Assembly (NCBI GenBank): GCA_963662285.2
Contig: CAXXMV010000008.1
Span: 1,152,001 to 1,216,000, forward strand
Length of the DNA: 64,000 nt
Origin: a bacterium
GTDB lineage: Bacteria; Hinthialibacterota; Hinthialibacteria; Hinthialibacterales; Hinthialibacteraceae
Direction: 5' to 3'
Shown here: positions 30,137 through 40,913 of the stretch, piece by piece
How the letters are laid out: the number at the start of each line of letters is the position of its first letter
Position numbering within the stretch: position 1 is the stretch's first letter
Position numbers and translations under genes: made by a program
The notes under the pieces: model-generated
The model's database searches: none
The model's input: only the letters and a program-made list of their open reading frames with translations
What the model was told of the DNA's origin: nothing

Positions 30137-31471
30137 ATGTTTAAGAAGGCGTATGATGCAGTGACGAGTAAGGTTGGCAAGACGGTGATGGGACTTGGAA
30201 TTCTTGGTATGGGTCTTGGAGTGATGGGCGCGAATGCTTCTGAAGTTATTCGCACCATATATATTGATACCTTTAACAGTGCTGCATATACACAATCTGG
30301 TGCTCAGCCGATGAGCATTGAGCAGAAGGCTAAAGCGCGTTCAGATTGGGATTCGCACTATATTACGATTAAAGATGACACGTTAGAGTACAGGATTGGC
30401 TCACCTGATTCAGATCCGATTGAGACCACTTTCCTCCCATCACGCGAGGAAGATCCCAAAGGCATTGAGCGGCAGAAAGTAATTGATGAGTACATTGATT
30501 TAGCAGAAGATTTAGGCGGTGTTGAAGTGAAGGCGAAGACGGTCAAGGCGACCTCAGACCTACCAACACAAGTCTATGGGAATGTGTATGATCTTATATC
30601 CGGCAATCCGGTAACTGATGGAACTTGCCGCTATTTTAATGAAGAAGGAGATATTAACGAAACCACAACTTTGGGCAACGATGGTTTTTTTTTGTTTACT
30701 CCCGAATACGATCCACTAAATTTTAACAAATTAGTTATTCAAACACCTCAGGATATGATGAATGTAACGGATAGAGGAGCAGGAGCGGGGCTCTCACCTC
30801 TGCGTTACGACGTCGGCCCAACCGACGATGGCAATCCATTCTATTTTTATCCAGGCCTTGCAACCGATATGATGGAGGGCCGGGCGCGATGGGAGTTGCC
30901 GGTTCATGTTTATTTTGGCGATAATCCAACACCTGAGCAATTAGAGAACATTCAGTCTGCAATGGATCGCTTCAATGAGCTCTGGGCGGATCAGATAAGT
31001 CCAATGAATGATTATATTTCTGCTAATGGACTTGATCGTCCGACTTTGCCAGAAACCTTTTTTGTCCGACGAGATTATTTTCAAAATTCAAATCTTGCAA
31101 CAAATTTTAATATGGCAACTCATCAGGGATGTAATCTTACTTTTCATCCAGGAGACGAACTTGTCGGAATTGTTGAGAACGGTGATCGGCAAATAGTATT
31201 TGCAACTCTTAATTATGGTTCAGGCTCAATGGAGCATGCGTTTGGTCATATTGCCGGTGCGTATCACACGGGCAATAATGGTATTGATTATCCGCCGGGA
31301 ATTGCAAGTGGCATGTCTCCATCAGCAGGCACATTAACAAAAGACGACATGCGCGTTTTCGCGGCTTTTTATGCTTGGCCGTTTGACAAGGTTAATATCA
31401 GAAACATCAGGTTCTTAACAACCGAGAACGTCGATATCGGAACACCAGTATTAAACTGGATGATGTATTAA
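30137..31471 (+). CDS. Secreted protein with metzincin-like domain lacking the catalytic Glu
   Basis: Signal peptide ending ANA; HAFGHIAGAYH then Met-turn-like SGMSP; C-terminus TPVLNWMMY. Confidence 0.7.
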   Translation: MFKKAYDAVTSKVGKTVMGLGILGMGLGVMGANASEVIRTIYIDTFNSAAYTQSGAQPMSIEQKAKARSDWDSHYITIKDDTLEYRIGSPDSDPIETTFLPSREEDPKGIERQKVIDEYIDLAEDLGGVEVKAKTVKATSDLPTQVYGNVYDLISGNPVTDGTCRYFNEEGDINETTTLGNDGFFLFTPEYDPLNFNKLVIQTPQDMMNVTDRGAGAGLSPLRYDVGPTDDGNPFYFYPGLATDMMEGRARWELPVHVYFGDNPTPEQLENIQSAMDRFNELWADQISPMNDYISANGLDRPTLPETFFVRRDYFQNSNLATNFNMATHQGCNLTFHPGDELVGIVENGDRQIVFATLNYGSGSMEHAFGHIAGAYHTGNNGIDYPPGIASGMSPSAGTLTKDDMRVFAAFYAWPFDKVNIRNIRFLTTENVDIGTPVLNWMMY

Positions 31472-31644
31472 TTTTTTTTCTATAAAAATTCATTGAGGTG
31501 AATTATATTCGAGAACAGATTCCCATTAACAATAAAAACAGAATATCTATTGCATTGGAATTGAGACAGCATTTTTTTTACTTTGTATTAGACGGTAAAT
31601 TAACATATGCTTAGTCCCACCGTAAAGGTGTATTAAGAGAATTG

Positions 31645-31685
31645 AAGACGCTGCTTTATCCAGAATGGATGGCAGCGTTTTTTTT
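31645..31685 (+). terminator. Rho-independent terminator
   Basis: AAGACGCTGC..GCAGCGTTTT stem followed by a T run. Confidence 0.6.
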
Positions 31686-31887
31686 ATATTAAACAACTGG
31701 TATCAGTGGTGGGGTATCTGCTGCTGTATGTAGAAGGGATTGCAGCCCTGGTATCAGGGGAATTTATATCAGGGATGGGTTCTTATGGTAGTTATTCCTG
31801 GATGTTTCAGTTTATTTTTGACCATAATAGGAATTATCGTATTTTTTTTGTTTTTGTTTCCAGGCATGAGAAACAAAAACTCATGAG

Positions 31888-32202
31888 GTGATTAAAAAAA
31901 TGAGCAAACCAGAAAAAGTAATTCAGAACGGCAATTGCCGAGTTTCTATATTCCAAAACAGCATGTCTTGTTTTGATGGATGCCTTCCGTTAAGGAGTGT
32001 TGTATTATCAAAACGGTACAAAGATAAAGAAGGCATATGGAAAAACAGTAACACATTAGATGTCAATGATATTCCAAAAATGATTGTCGCTTTGTCACGA
32101 GCGTATGCTTATATGACCTGTATTGAAACAAATCCTCAAGATAAAGAAATGTTTGGTATGGGTTATCAGGAGGTTGATTCATTGTTTGCATATCATTGTT
32201 AA
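31888..32202 (+). CDS. Small mobile-element protein (possible ssDNA-binding fold)
   Basis: SVVLSKRYKDKEGIWKNSNTLDVNDIPK..AY. Confidence 0.65.
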   Translation: MIKKMSKPEKVIQNGNCRVSIFQNSMSCFDGCLPLRSVVLSKRYKDKEGIWKNSNTLDVNDIPKMIVALSRAYAYMTCIETNPQDKEMFGMGYQEVDSLFAYHC

Positions 32203-32423
32203 TTTATTTTAATGCTCTTTTTGTATATCTCAAGAATTCATCTATTACCCGTTTCCATACTGATTCCGGTGTTTCCAAGTCTTCAAAGCAGCCGTTTACG
32301 GGTGGAGTGATCGTAAAAAATTTTTGTTGCGGAAATTTTCATTTAGGAAATTTGCTCCTCTTTTAGGAAGATATGAGGCCGTAATCCGAAAGATTTATAT
32401 AGTAGAATCGCTACCACTGAGTA

Positions 32424-32933
32424 GTGATGCCAATGAACTCCAACCAAGACTATGCAAACAATCCTCCCTGGTACATGACTATCCAGATGCCTGGTTATAA
32501 AAATGAGAACGAATCATCCCTAATAAACCGAAACATTTATTTTGATCCTCTATCTGATATGCAACATGAGAAGATCGATCAGGCCGACCGATTGCTCAAT
32601 CACACCGCTAAGGCGTTGCTGACCCGAACCTCCCTGGAGCGATCACATTCCAGGGAAAGAGACGATGAGATAAGCCAAGTACGCAACCATTTGGCTCAGT
32701 TCAGCGACATGCCTTTCGGCGTTAATCAAGCCAGGGACGGTATGCGCTGGAGTATGGAGCAGAATCTGATGGCTCTCTCACGCGAAGACCGCCAAGCGCA
32801 GATGTCGTTCTGGAACGACTTGTGGACGATGTCCCGTGAGCTGCTCACGTGCGTCGATTCGCATGAGAAACTCAACCGCCGTAAGAACATGATGAATCCG
32901 CCGGTCATTGAAATGATGTCTCAAATTCCATAA
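32424..32933 (+). CDS. Hypothetical helical protein
   Basis: 169-aa ORF directly upstream of the ATPase. Confidence 0.65.
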   Translation: MMPMNSNQDYANNPPWYMTIQMPGYKNENESSLINRNIYFDPLSDMQHEKIDQADRLLNHTAKALLTRTSLERSHSRERDDEISQVRNHLAQFSDMPFGVNQARDGMRWSMEQNLMALSREDRQAQMSFWNDLWTMSRELLTCVDSHEKLNRRKNMMNPPVIEMMSQIP

Positions 32934-32945
32934 AGGTGATCTGCT

Positions 32946-34955
32946 ATCCTCGATGAAAAACTACTATTTGAACTAAAACCTATTTTCGGAGATATTATTG
33001 ACCGTCTCTGGCGCGTCTACAACCTAGGCGATGCCGAAGAACGGCAAGAAGTGGAGCAGATGGTGCGGCAACTGCATATGGAATCGCTCCGCAGGCGTAT
33101 TGATGATGAAGGCATCAACCTGCGTCCGCCCCCGCCAGAGGTTATCGAAGGTGAGTATCCTGTGGGATGCGTGCTCTATAACGGTGAGTTGCGCGGCGAT
33201 TTTGGACTGCGGGAAGATGAATGGCTCCAGCACGTCGCGATCGTGGGCCGGAGCGGTAGCGGAAAAACAAACACGGTTTACATGCTTATCGCTAATTTAT
33301 TGCAAAAACGTATTCCCTTTCTGATTACCGATTGGAAGAGGAACTATCGCCCCATTATTTCTCCAAACAGTGAATTTCCCGTGTTGGTCTACACGGTAGG
33401 CAATCCACTTGTCCCTTTCCATTTTAATCCTCTGATTCCCCCGGAAGGTACGGAACCCACCGCCTGGCTCAAAAAACTAATTGAAATTCTGGCTCGGGCC
33501 ACGTTCGTCGGCGAGGGCGTCATGTACTTGCTGCAACAGGGCATTGATAAACTCTATACAGAAAGCGGCGTCTATTCCGGAAATGTTGTGCGTTACCCCA
33601 CAATGAAGGATCTCACAGATGTCATGGGTAAGATGAATGTTTCGGGCAGGGCCGCCAACTGGATGGCATCAACTCAAAGGGCGCTTTCGGCGTTATCGTT
33701 CGGAGCCATGGGAAGCGTGCTCAACACCCAATCCAACACTGGTCTGGCCGATCTGCTGGACAAACCGGTCATTTTAGAACTGGACGCGCTCACATCCACT
33801 GATAAATGTTTCTTTATCGAATCGCTCTTGCTCTGGATTCACCATTACCGATTGAACCGAAACGAACAACGCGAGAAGTTCAGACACGCCATTATCATCG
33901 AGGAAGCACATCACATTCTCAAGAAAAAAGAAGCCAGCGCTCAGGAAAGCGTTACGGAAATGTTATTGCGCGAAATAAGAGAATTAGGCGAATCTATTAC
34001 ACTTGTAGATCAACATCCATCACAGATTTCATTACAGGCCCTTGGTAATACATACTGCACTTTCACCATGAATTTGAAATCGCGTGAAGACGTCAATGCC
34101 GCTTCAGGGTATCTGATGTTTGATGGAGAAGAGCGCAAATGCCTGAATCGGCTCGAAGTCGGTCAGGCCATCGTTAAAATGCAGGGCAGATGGACCAAAC
34201 CTTTTTTGATTATTGTCCCACATATTAAGCAGAAGCAACAGGTGGTTTCAGATGAAGATCTGCAAGAATACATGAGACCATATTCCACAGATTCCGTTGA
34301 AGAAGAGCCACTACAAGGCAATTCCATGGAGATTTCGCTGGAATCACTGCCGGATAGTAAAGAAGATGAAATCCCTTTGGATGATATGAAAAAAGCTTTT
34401 CTGGAAGATATCCAGGAGAATCCATTGTCAGGAGTTGTACAAAGATATAAGCGGTTGGGACTGAGCCGAAGGAAAGGCAATGTAGTCAAGGAAGATTTGC
34501 AAAGCCGGGGAATCATTGCGCCAGTGGAAATCCTGACTCATAAGGGAAAAGTCGTCCTGTTAGAAATCAAAAAGTTCAATCATTATAATCCCATTCAATT
34601 ACAAAATCATTACAGAAATCCTGGCATCGTTCATGAATACTGGCGATCGAAAATCGCGGAGTTTTATCAGCAGCAAGGTTATTCAATCATTTCAGAACAC
34701 CAACTGGAAAGCGGTGATTATGTCGATCTGATTGCAAACAAAGGCAATGAGACTATCGCCATTGAGATCGAGACGGGTAAATCGGATATTGTTAAAAATG
34801 TCCAAAAGAATCTGGACGCCGGATACGAAAAGATTGTAATCCTTGGCGTTGATATTGAAAGCACTCATAGAATCCACACCAAACTTGGAGAGTTGCATAG
34901 GCAATACTCCAATCGAATAATAATCAGCAATTGCGCTGATGCAATAAGAACATAA
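32946..34955 (+). CDS. HerA/DUF87-like P-loop ATPase with C-terminal PD-(D/E)xK-like domain
   Basis: HVAIVGRSGSGKT, IIIEEAHH, DQHPS; VDLIA..IAIEIET; frame open to an ATC at 32946 behind RBS AAAGGTGA (first canonical start GTG 33051). Confidence 0.82.
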   Translation: MLDEKLLFELKPIFGDIIDRLWRVYNLGDAEERQEVEQMVRQLHMESLRRRIDDEGINLRPPPPEVIEGEYPVGCVLYNGELRGDFGLREDEWLQHVAIVGRSGSGKTNTVYMLIANLLQKRIPFLITDWKRNYRPIISPNSEFPVLVYTVGNPLVPFHFNPLIPPEGTEPTAWLKKLIEILARATFVGEGVMYLLQQGIDKLYTESGVYSGNVVRYPTMKDLTDVMGKMNVSGRAANWMASTQRALSALSFGAMGSVLNTQSNTGLADLLDKPVILELDALTSTDKCFFIESLLLWIHHYRLNRNEQREKFRHAIIIEEAHHILKKKEASAQESVTEMLLREIRELGESITLVDQHPSQISLQALGNTYCTFTMNLKSREDVNAASGYLMFDGEERKCLNRLEVGQAIVKMQGRWTKPFLIIVPHIKQKQQVVSDEDLQEYMRPYSTDSVEEEPLQGNSMEISLESLPDSKEDEIPLDDMKKAFLEDIQENPLSGVVQRYKRLGLSRRKGNVVKEDLQSRGIIAPVEILTHKGKVVLLEIKKFNHYNPIQLQNHYRNPGIVHEYWRSKIAEFYQQQGYSIISEHQLESGDYVDLIANKGNETIAIEIETGKSDIVKNVQKNLDAGYEKIVILGVDIESTHRIHTKLGELHRQYSNRIIISNCADAIRT

Positions 34956-35348
34956 AACAAACAACTAAGACAAAAACCGCAAAAATATCGAAGAGTGATC
35001 ATGCCGAAAGGCATCCTCTTTGGTACTGATGCAAAACCGCTGGATGAACCGGAACGGGGCCGAAAACCTTGTTCCGGTGATTTCAGCACTGTCCAGCTGT
35101 CATGAAATGAAAGGCTGTGAACGCAACTAACAGATGTAGAAGGTTCTCTCTTTCTTGGTAACACCCTTTATCAAAATCCTGTAACCGCATGAAACCGTAA
35201 AGGAACCGGGCGGAACCGCCCGTTTTGAATAGATCCGCCCAGACTTTTCTGGGCAATTTAATTTTATACCCAAATTCAATAATGCCTGGACACTTCAGGA
35301 AACAAGTGACCTGAAGGTCCATGCAAACAAAACATTGGAGAAAGAAAA

Positions 35349-35600
35349 ATGATACGACCAGCCAACCAAACAACACCCACCATCCACGTCATGACTTGTG
35401 GCGTGCAAGCCGAATTGACACCTGAAGAGATCGCCTGGGCTCACCAAGAGCTCATGAAAAAGATGAAAACGCCCGATCCAGACAATCCTAATATGTGGGT
35501 AACTGAAATTAATGGCCACAAGATCTGGGGCATTCTGGATGAAGGCGCGGGTCCAAACGGGGAAAACGTATTTACGATCCTTTTCCCTTCAGAATATTAA
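35349..35600 (+). CDS. Small plasmid/ICE-type hypothetical protein
   Basis: Ends FTILFPSEY; RBS GGAG. Confidence 0.7.
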   Translation: MIRPANQTTPTIHVMTCGVQAELTPEEIAWAHQELMKKMKTPDPDNPNMWVTEINGHKIWGILDEGAGPNGENVFTILFPSEY

Positions 35601-35614
35601 AGGAGGTGAAAGCG

Positions 35615-35836
35615 ATGATCGTACGTGGAATCATAACCCAGGAAGAGAAAGAGCGCATCAAAAAAGCGTCAACCCAACACCAGTTAATTCATGGCCAATC
35701 CGGAGAATTACGGATCTGGACCGAAGAAACACCCGACGATAAAGCGCTTTGGGTGGAATTGGATGTCAATGAAGAAATGATGGAATATTTAGAACGAACC
35801 GGATTTTTCGATGAAGCTGACACCAAGTCAAATTAG
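35615..35836 (+). CDS. Hypothetical protein
   Basis: Strong RBS AGGAGGTG. Confidence 0.65.
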   Translation: MIVRGIITQEEKERIKKASTQHQLIHGQSGELRIWTEETPDDKALWVELDVNEEMMEYLERTGFFDEADTKSN

Positions 35837-35927
35837 CCAAAACGTTCAGGAGGTAAAACCATCATGCAAAACAGTGAAATCAAATCACGTCAACATTTTC
35901 AATTTCAACAGAAAGGAAAAACCAATC

Positions 35928-36164
35928 ATGAGTATACAGGAAATCAAATGCCCTCATTGCGGGAACAGCGATATTGGGCGCATTCAACACTGCACGACAT
36001 TTCCCAGCAGCTACTACCGCAGATTACTCCGTGAGAAAGACGACTCCATCTGGGCTGACGATTACGTCAACGATGTCGTCGAAAATGTAGAGGCGTTATC
36101 AAAAACACTCTTATGTGAAATCTGTTACAAATTCTTCCCCGATCCCGGCATTCAGATCGAATAA
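35928..36164 (+). CDS. Zinc-ribbon protein
   Basis: CPHCG..CEIC; RBS AAGGA. Confidence 0.65.
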   Translation: MSIQEIKCPHCGNSDIGRIQHCTTFPSSYYRRLLREKDDSIWADDYVNDVVENVEALSKTLLCEICYKFFPDPGIQIE

Positions 36165-36263
36165 TTGTTTTGTCGCCAGTTAACCATTCAAGAACCCGAA
36201 CAATTCCCGAGGTGAATAAGCGGAATTATCCGGGATTTTTCATTTTAAAGGAGGAATAAAAAG

Positions 36264-37562
36264 ATGATCGTTACGCTTGAAACAGTCAGAAACGTGCTGA
36301 AGGAAGCCTTGGGCTTTAACAGCTTCGTCGCCGGTTTCATCAAGTCGATCCATCAGGACGATACCATACCAACCGCTTGTATCCGCAAGGATGGGGTGTT
36401 GATCGTCAACCCGCAATTCGTTAACCGGTATATCGAGAGCCAGCCGGACTTGTTTTGTCTGGTATTTCACGAAATCCTGCATCCTTTGTTCGGCCATTTC
36501 ATTTATAAAACCGGACAATTGGAAAACATCGCCGCTGACGCCATTATCAATGCGGCGATCAGCCAGCTTTACCAGAATCACTCCCAGCAAGGTCATTTGT
36601 TCACCAAACTCTATCAGTCAACTGACCTCGAGGGGCTGTTAAGACCTTCCAGTACGATGGAGCATGGCCGCTATCACTGCGTGTACGACCAGTTGTATAG
36701 CCCTGGCTGGCATTGTGACTCCTTAACCACCGGAGAATTGATCCAAACCCTCAAAATCCTGACTCCAGGAGACCAATCGGACAATATCCTATTACTTGGA
36801 ACGCATGGATTTGGCCAGTCGCCTGATTCAGTCAGCATTGATCCCTTCGATCATGACGATCTGGCATCGATAGCTCTGGATATCCAGAGTAGCCTTAATC
36901 GGCAAAAGAGCAAATTCCCCGGTCATGGTTCGATGCTATTGGATTTGATCATGGAAGCGCTCACAACCCGGATTTCCATCAAACGGGCGTTGTTAAGCCG
37001 GTTCACAACCAAACAGAAAGTTGACCGTTTTAAGATCACCAGCCAATCCCTACGCCTGACCACTTCACCTTTCCCCGTCAATCCTTCAAAACGCGACCTG
37101 GTTTTATTGTCAGCAGGAATCTACCCCTTCCATTTCCATAACCGTATTATCACTCAAAAGCACCGCCATGAAGGCCTCGCAGTGTATTTAGACGTATCCA
37201 GCAGCGTCGAGGATTATTTACCGAAGATTATCGGTATTCTCAAACAGTTCCAGAATGAAATCGACAGTATTTTCTTGTTCAGCAACGAGGTCGTGGAAAT
37301 CTCATTTCATCATCTGCTCAAGGGAGAGATCACAACAACCTGCGGAACCGATTTCAATTGTATCGCCGAATCGATCCTGAAACGGGGATTCAAAAAAGCC
37401 ATTATCATCACCGACGGATACGCTTGGATGAGCGAGAATTTGAAACAGAAATTGGAAGAAAAAAAACTTTCCACATTGACCATTCTTTTCGATAGCAATC
37501 AAAACTGTGAAGCATTCGCACCGTTTGGCGATGTGGTCCAACTAAATGATGTCTGCCTGTAA
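36264..37562 (+). CDS. DUF2201-like metallopeptidase-vWA protein
   Basis: HEILH..ENIAADAIIN; MIDAS DVSSS, GTDF, IITDGY. Confidence 0.85.
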   Translation: MIVTLETVRNVLKEALGFNSFVAGFIKSIHQDDTIPTACIRKDGVLIVNPQFVNRYIESQPDLFCLVFHEILHPLFGHFIYKTGQLENIAADAIINAAISQLYQNHSQQGHLFTKLYQSTDLEGLLRPSSTMEHGRYHCVYDQLYSPGWHCDSLTTGELIQTLKILTPGDQSDNILLLGTHGFGQSPDSVSIDPFDHDDLASIALDIQSSLNRQKSKFPGHGSMLLDLIMEALTTRISIKRALLSRFTTKQKVDRFKITSQSLRLTTSPFPVNPSKRDLVLLSAGIYPFHFHNRIITQKHRHEGLAVYLDVSSSVEDYLPKIIGILKQFQNEIDSIFLFSNEVVEISFHHLLKGEITTTCGTDFNCIAESILKRGFKKAIIITDGYAWMSENLKQKLEEKKLSTLTILFDSNQNCEAFAPFGDVVQLNDVCL

Positions 37563-37577
37563 AGGAGGTAATTCACG

Positions 37578-37772
37578 ATGAAAGTCTATGTCACCATCGA
37601 AACATATCAATGTATTGTTGTTGACGTTCAGGTCTTCCGAAACGAAAAAACCGCCGGGCAATTGGAGGAAGCATGGCGTAAGGAGCGGAAGATCACCAGT
37701 GAAGATGAGCTGGAGCATGAATCCGGTGAAGGAAACGAATTTCACGTTGAAGAATGTGAATTGAAACCGTAA
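37578..37772 (+). CDS. Small acidic hypothetical protein
   Basis: RBS AAGGAGGT. Confidence 0.65.
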   Translation: MKVYVTIETYQCIVVDVQVFRNEKTAGQLEEAWRKERKITSEDELEHESGEGNEFHVEECELKP

Positions 37773-37795
37773 TACGTAACTGAATCAAAGTCATT

Positions 37796-37835
37796 AAAAG
37801 GGGAGACGTCTCGAATCGGGGTGTCTCCCCTTTTT
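37796..37835 (+). terminator. Rho-independent terminator
   Basis: AAAAGGGGAGAC..GTCTCCCCTTTT. Confidence 0.7.
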
Positions 37836-37885
37836 GTAAATACCACCAATTCAATAAAAAATCAAAAATAAAAGGAGAAACGATC

Positions 37886-39379
37886 ATGTTACTCGAACCA
37901 CTAGGAATCTACGGATGGAAAAAACGGGATGAGAATTTGGTATTAGCGTCGCTTTTAACGGGTGATCCCTTATTGCTTATCGGGAATCACGGATGCGCCA
38001 AGACTCATATCGCCAACAAGATCGCCCAGGCGCTCGCCAAGCCATTTCTGGCTTACGATGCGTCCAAGGCGATGTTCGAAGATGTGTTGGGTTATCCCAA
38101 CGTGGAGAAGCTGCAAAAAGGGATCGTTGAATACGTCCCCAGTCCGGTCACGGTCTGGGACAAGGAGATCATCCTGATCGATGAATTGAACAGAGCGATT
38201 CCGGAACTTCAAAGTAAATGGCTTGAGCTTATACGCAGCCGCAAAATCATGGGCTTTGAGACTAAGGTCAAATGGGTCTGGTCGGCAATGAATCCAATGA
38301 GTTATGCGGGCGCCCAAGCACTTGATGAAGCGCTAATTGGCCGGTTCGCGCTGTTCCTCTATCCGCCGGACATCCTGCAGATGGACGAATCAGACCGGAT
38401 TCGGGTTACCACCCATATCAACGGGGATGACGCCCCCAGTTTGAACGAATGGTCTTTAAAGCAAGACATCAAGACGGTCTTCCAAGTAGAGGTTTTGAAA
38501 ACCGGTATCAAAATTCAGGATATCTTAACCAAAGCGGCGGAGTATTTCTACCAGCTGCGCAGCGAAATGAGCGCGCTTTCTGAATTCCTGGCGAAATTCG
38601 CCTGCCTGGTACTGAAAGAATCCAAAGAAGAGATCACTTTGGATGGCCGGAGAATGGGATTCATTTACCGGAATATATTAGCCAACCGATCGGTGGAAAT
38701 GGCCCAAAGGGATATTTTAGGGCTATCGATTCCTACCCTGGCTGAGTCAGCCAAATACGTGGTGCAGTCCAGTATCCCTATTGGGCTGAATGAGGCCTCT
38801 GTCAATCGGGAAGAAACGTTGCATACGATCGATGTTTGTTTCGATCTTCTCAGCCAGTATTTTGATGAGAATTCACAGATATGGAAAGTCGATCTGATTT
38901 ACGAGTTGTTTACTACCCCTGATTTAATCCGTAAAGCCCAGATTTTGCTCACTGAAGAATTGGGAGATTTGGTTCATTCCAAGGCCTGGAACGATCTGGC
39001 CGATCGGGAAGAGCACATCACCTTATTGGCCTATACCGCTTTACAAGCTGAGACAGAGTGTCCGGGAATCATACCCAAGGAGCTGCTGGATAAATTAAGC
39101 CGCAAAATCGACCCCAAAGACCTCTCCACCGAGTCATTCAAGTCATTAAAAAACGAATCAATCGAGTGGCTCGATGAAATTGAAAATCTAATTCAACAAC
39201 GATCTGGATTGGAACGGTTGATCGCTATTCAGCGGGTAGAAGCATTAGTAAAGAATGGAATCGTCACCCAATCGGATATAGAAGAGACCAAACAGCGAAT
39301 CGAAGGGGATTTGCGAACTTATCAAATTCTCATTCAAAACGCAAGGAAAGCATCAAGCGCAAAGGAGGCGGCAGCATGA
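37886..39379 (+). CDS. MoxR-family AAA+ ATPase
   Basis: LIGNHGCAKT, LIDELNRA, AMNP, LDEALIGRF. Confidence 0.88.
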   Translation: MLLEPLGIYGWKKRDENLVLASLLTGDPLLLIGNHGCAKTHIANKIAQALAKPFLAYDASKAMFEDVLGYPNVEKLQKGIVEYVPSPVTVWDKEIILIDELNRAIPELQSKWLELIRSRKIMGFETKVKWVWSAMNPMSYAGAQALDEALIGRFALFLYPPDILQMDESDRIRVTTHINGDDAPSLNEWSLKQDIKTVFQVEVLKTGIKIQDILTKAAEYFYQLRSEMSALSEFLAKFACLVLKESKEEITLDGRRMGFIYRNILANRSVEMAQRDILGLSIPTLAESAKYVVQSSIPIGLNEASVNREETLHTIDVCFDLLSQYFDENSQIWKVDLIYELFTTPDLIRKAQILLTEELGDLVHSKAWNDLADREEHITLLAYTALQAETECPGIIPKELLDKLSRKIDPKDLSTESFKSLKNESIEWLDEIENLIQQRSGLERLIAIQRVEALVKNGIVTQSDIEETKQRIEGDLRTYQILIQNARKASSAKEAAA

Positions 39380-40764
39380 TTAATTCAGTTAAACTCTGGT
39401 TGGAAAACGATCCCGTCATCCCTCAACTCAAACGCTTGCATTATGAAACGATCAATGTTTCATTGTCCGATGTTTTGCATAAAGGTATTCAACCCTGTAA
39501 ATGCGGCTCAGTCGTTGTGGGTCATAGTATGCCTTCAATGATTAAAGATATTCTTGATCAGGAAGAGTATCGAATCAAGGAATTAAAGCCGTTAGGATTG
39601 AATCAAGACATCGACAATCACCTCACCGGATATTTGAGTTTTATGTCCAACCATTTCAAAGAACTGATGAAATGGACTCATTCCAATGTCTATTTTGTGG
39701 AGTCGTTACAGCCCAAAGAAACCATTGAGTATGCCAAGCGTTTATTACGAACCCAATGGGATCGTAAAATAGTTCGAAATATTTTGCGGCATAGAAACAT
39801 GAGTTTCAATGATGTTCGACGGTTGATTAAGCGAAAAGATCCAACCATCACATTGCTGAAGAATGTCGATTTGGATGAACGTGATTTTAGCCGAATTTTG
39901 GATGTGGATGATTTCAATGACTATGACATGTTGTTGGTTAACAATGCATTTTACCAACAGTATTTTCGCTCGATTCATGTATTGGATCAGATAACCGATA
40001 ACTATGGGCATCTGCGATTGGTCGATAGTATCTCTCATTTTACAATCACGCTCGACGCCTCCGAATCCACAATCGATTATAACTGTCATTGCCAGGATGA
40101 AAAAGTCCGTTTTACTCCTGATGTTAGCAAGGACAATGAAGAACGTAAAATCGCTCAGGCGTTTGCCAAGCAATGGCGAATCGATGAGGGGCGATATTGT
40201 TTCACGACAACGATTGACCGGGTCGAAAAAATGATTGGACAGGATTCCATTCGGATTTATTTTGATCAGCTTGAATATGAGAAACCGGAAGCATTTCCTG
40301 AATCCTTCGCACCGATCGCCGATATTCGGATTCCTCAATACGGTCTTGATAACTATTTTACTGAGAATTCCACGATTCCAGATATCAAAGGAATTCTTCA
40401 ACAACATGGCATCGGTGTGAGTGGACGTAAAGAATCCTTACTCAACAAAGCCGCTCAGCTGGTGGAATTGGTTTATCTGAAAAAAGAGGCTGAATTGGAT
40501 GCGTTTTTTGCTGCTACCCGGTTTATCTTCATCCCTTTTAAGGACAAATTCGAAAAAAATGAACAACAATACCAGCCGTTTCCAGTGTTGGATAAGGATA
40601 GCCTGAATCAGTTTGTCCTGGCCATGTACATCACACGGCATCTGCGGGGTAATACCATCCTGGACGCCGGTCACTGCAACGATTCTTATTCGCTGGTTGC
40701 ATTGGCGAAGGCCCTCATCCACAAAAACATAGATTTAGATGGGATGTTCTTGAAAATGGAGTAG
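39376..40764 (+). CDS. Hypothetical protein with SAP-like motif
   Basis: TIPDIKGILQQHGIGVSGRKESLL; ATGA overlap with the upstream gene. Confidence 0.7.
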   Translation: MINSVKLWLENDPVIPQLKRLHYETINVSLSDVLHKGIQPCKCGSVVVGHSMPSMIKDILDQEEYRIKELKPLGLNQDIDNHLTGYLSFMSNHFKELMKWTHSNVYFVESLQPKETIEYAKRLLRTQWDRKIVRNILRHRNMSFNDVRRLIKRKDPTITLLKNVDLDERDFSRILDVDDFNDYDMLLVNNAFYQQYFRSIHVLDQITDNYGHLRLVDSISHFTITLDASESTIDYNCHCQDEKVRFTPDVSKDNEERKIAQAFAKQWRIDEGRYCFTTTIDRVEKMIGQDSIRIYFDQLEYEKPEAFPESFAPIADIRIPQYGLDNYFTENSTIPDIKGILQQHGIGVSGRKESLLNKAAQLVELVYLKKEAELDAFFAATRFIFIPFKDKFEKNEQQYQPFPVLDKDSLNQFVLAMYITRHLRGNTILDAGHCNDSYSLVALAKALIHKNIDLDGMFLKME

Positions 40765-40866
40765 TGCTTTGTCACGATTCGTGCGCTAACACAATCAATC
40801 GAATAAAAAGGGCAGGATGAGATGGATGTTTATTCTCGTCCGGCTTTTTGATTTGGTCACGCAAGC

Positions 40867-40890
40867 CCCGGCTTTATGCCGGGATTTTTT
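40867..40890 (+). terminator. Possible terminator hairpin
   Basis: CCCGGC-TTTAT-GCCGGG followed by a T run. Confidence 0.5.
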
Positions 40891-40913
40891 ATGTTAAAGA
40901 AAGGAATTTCGAT

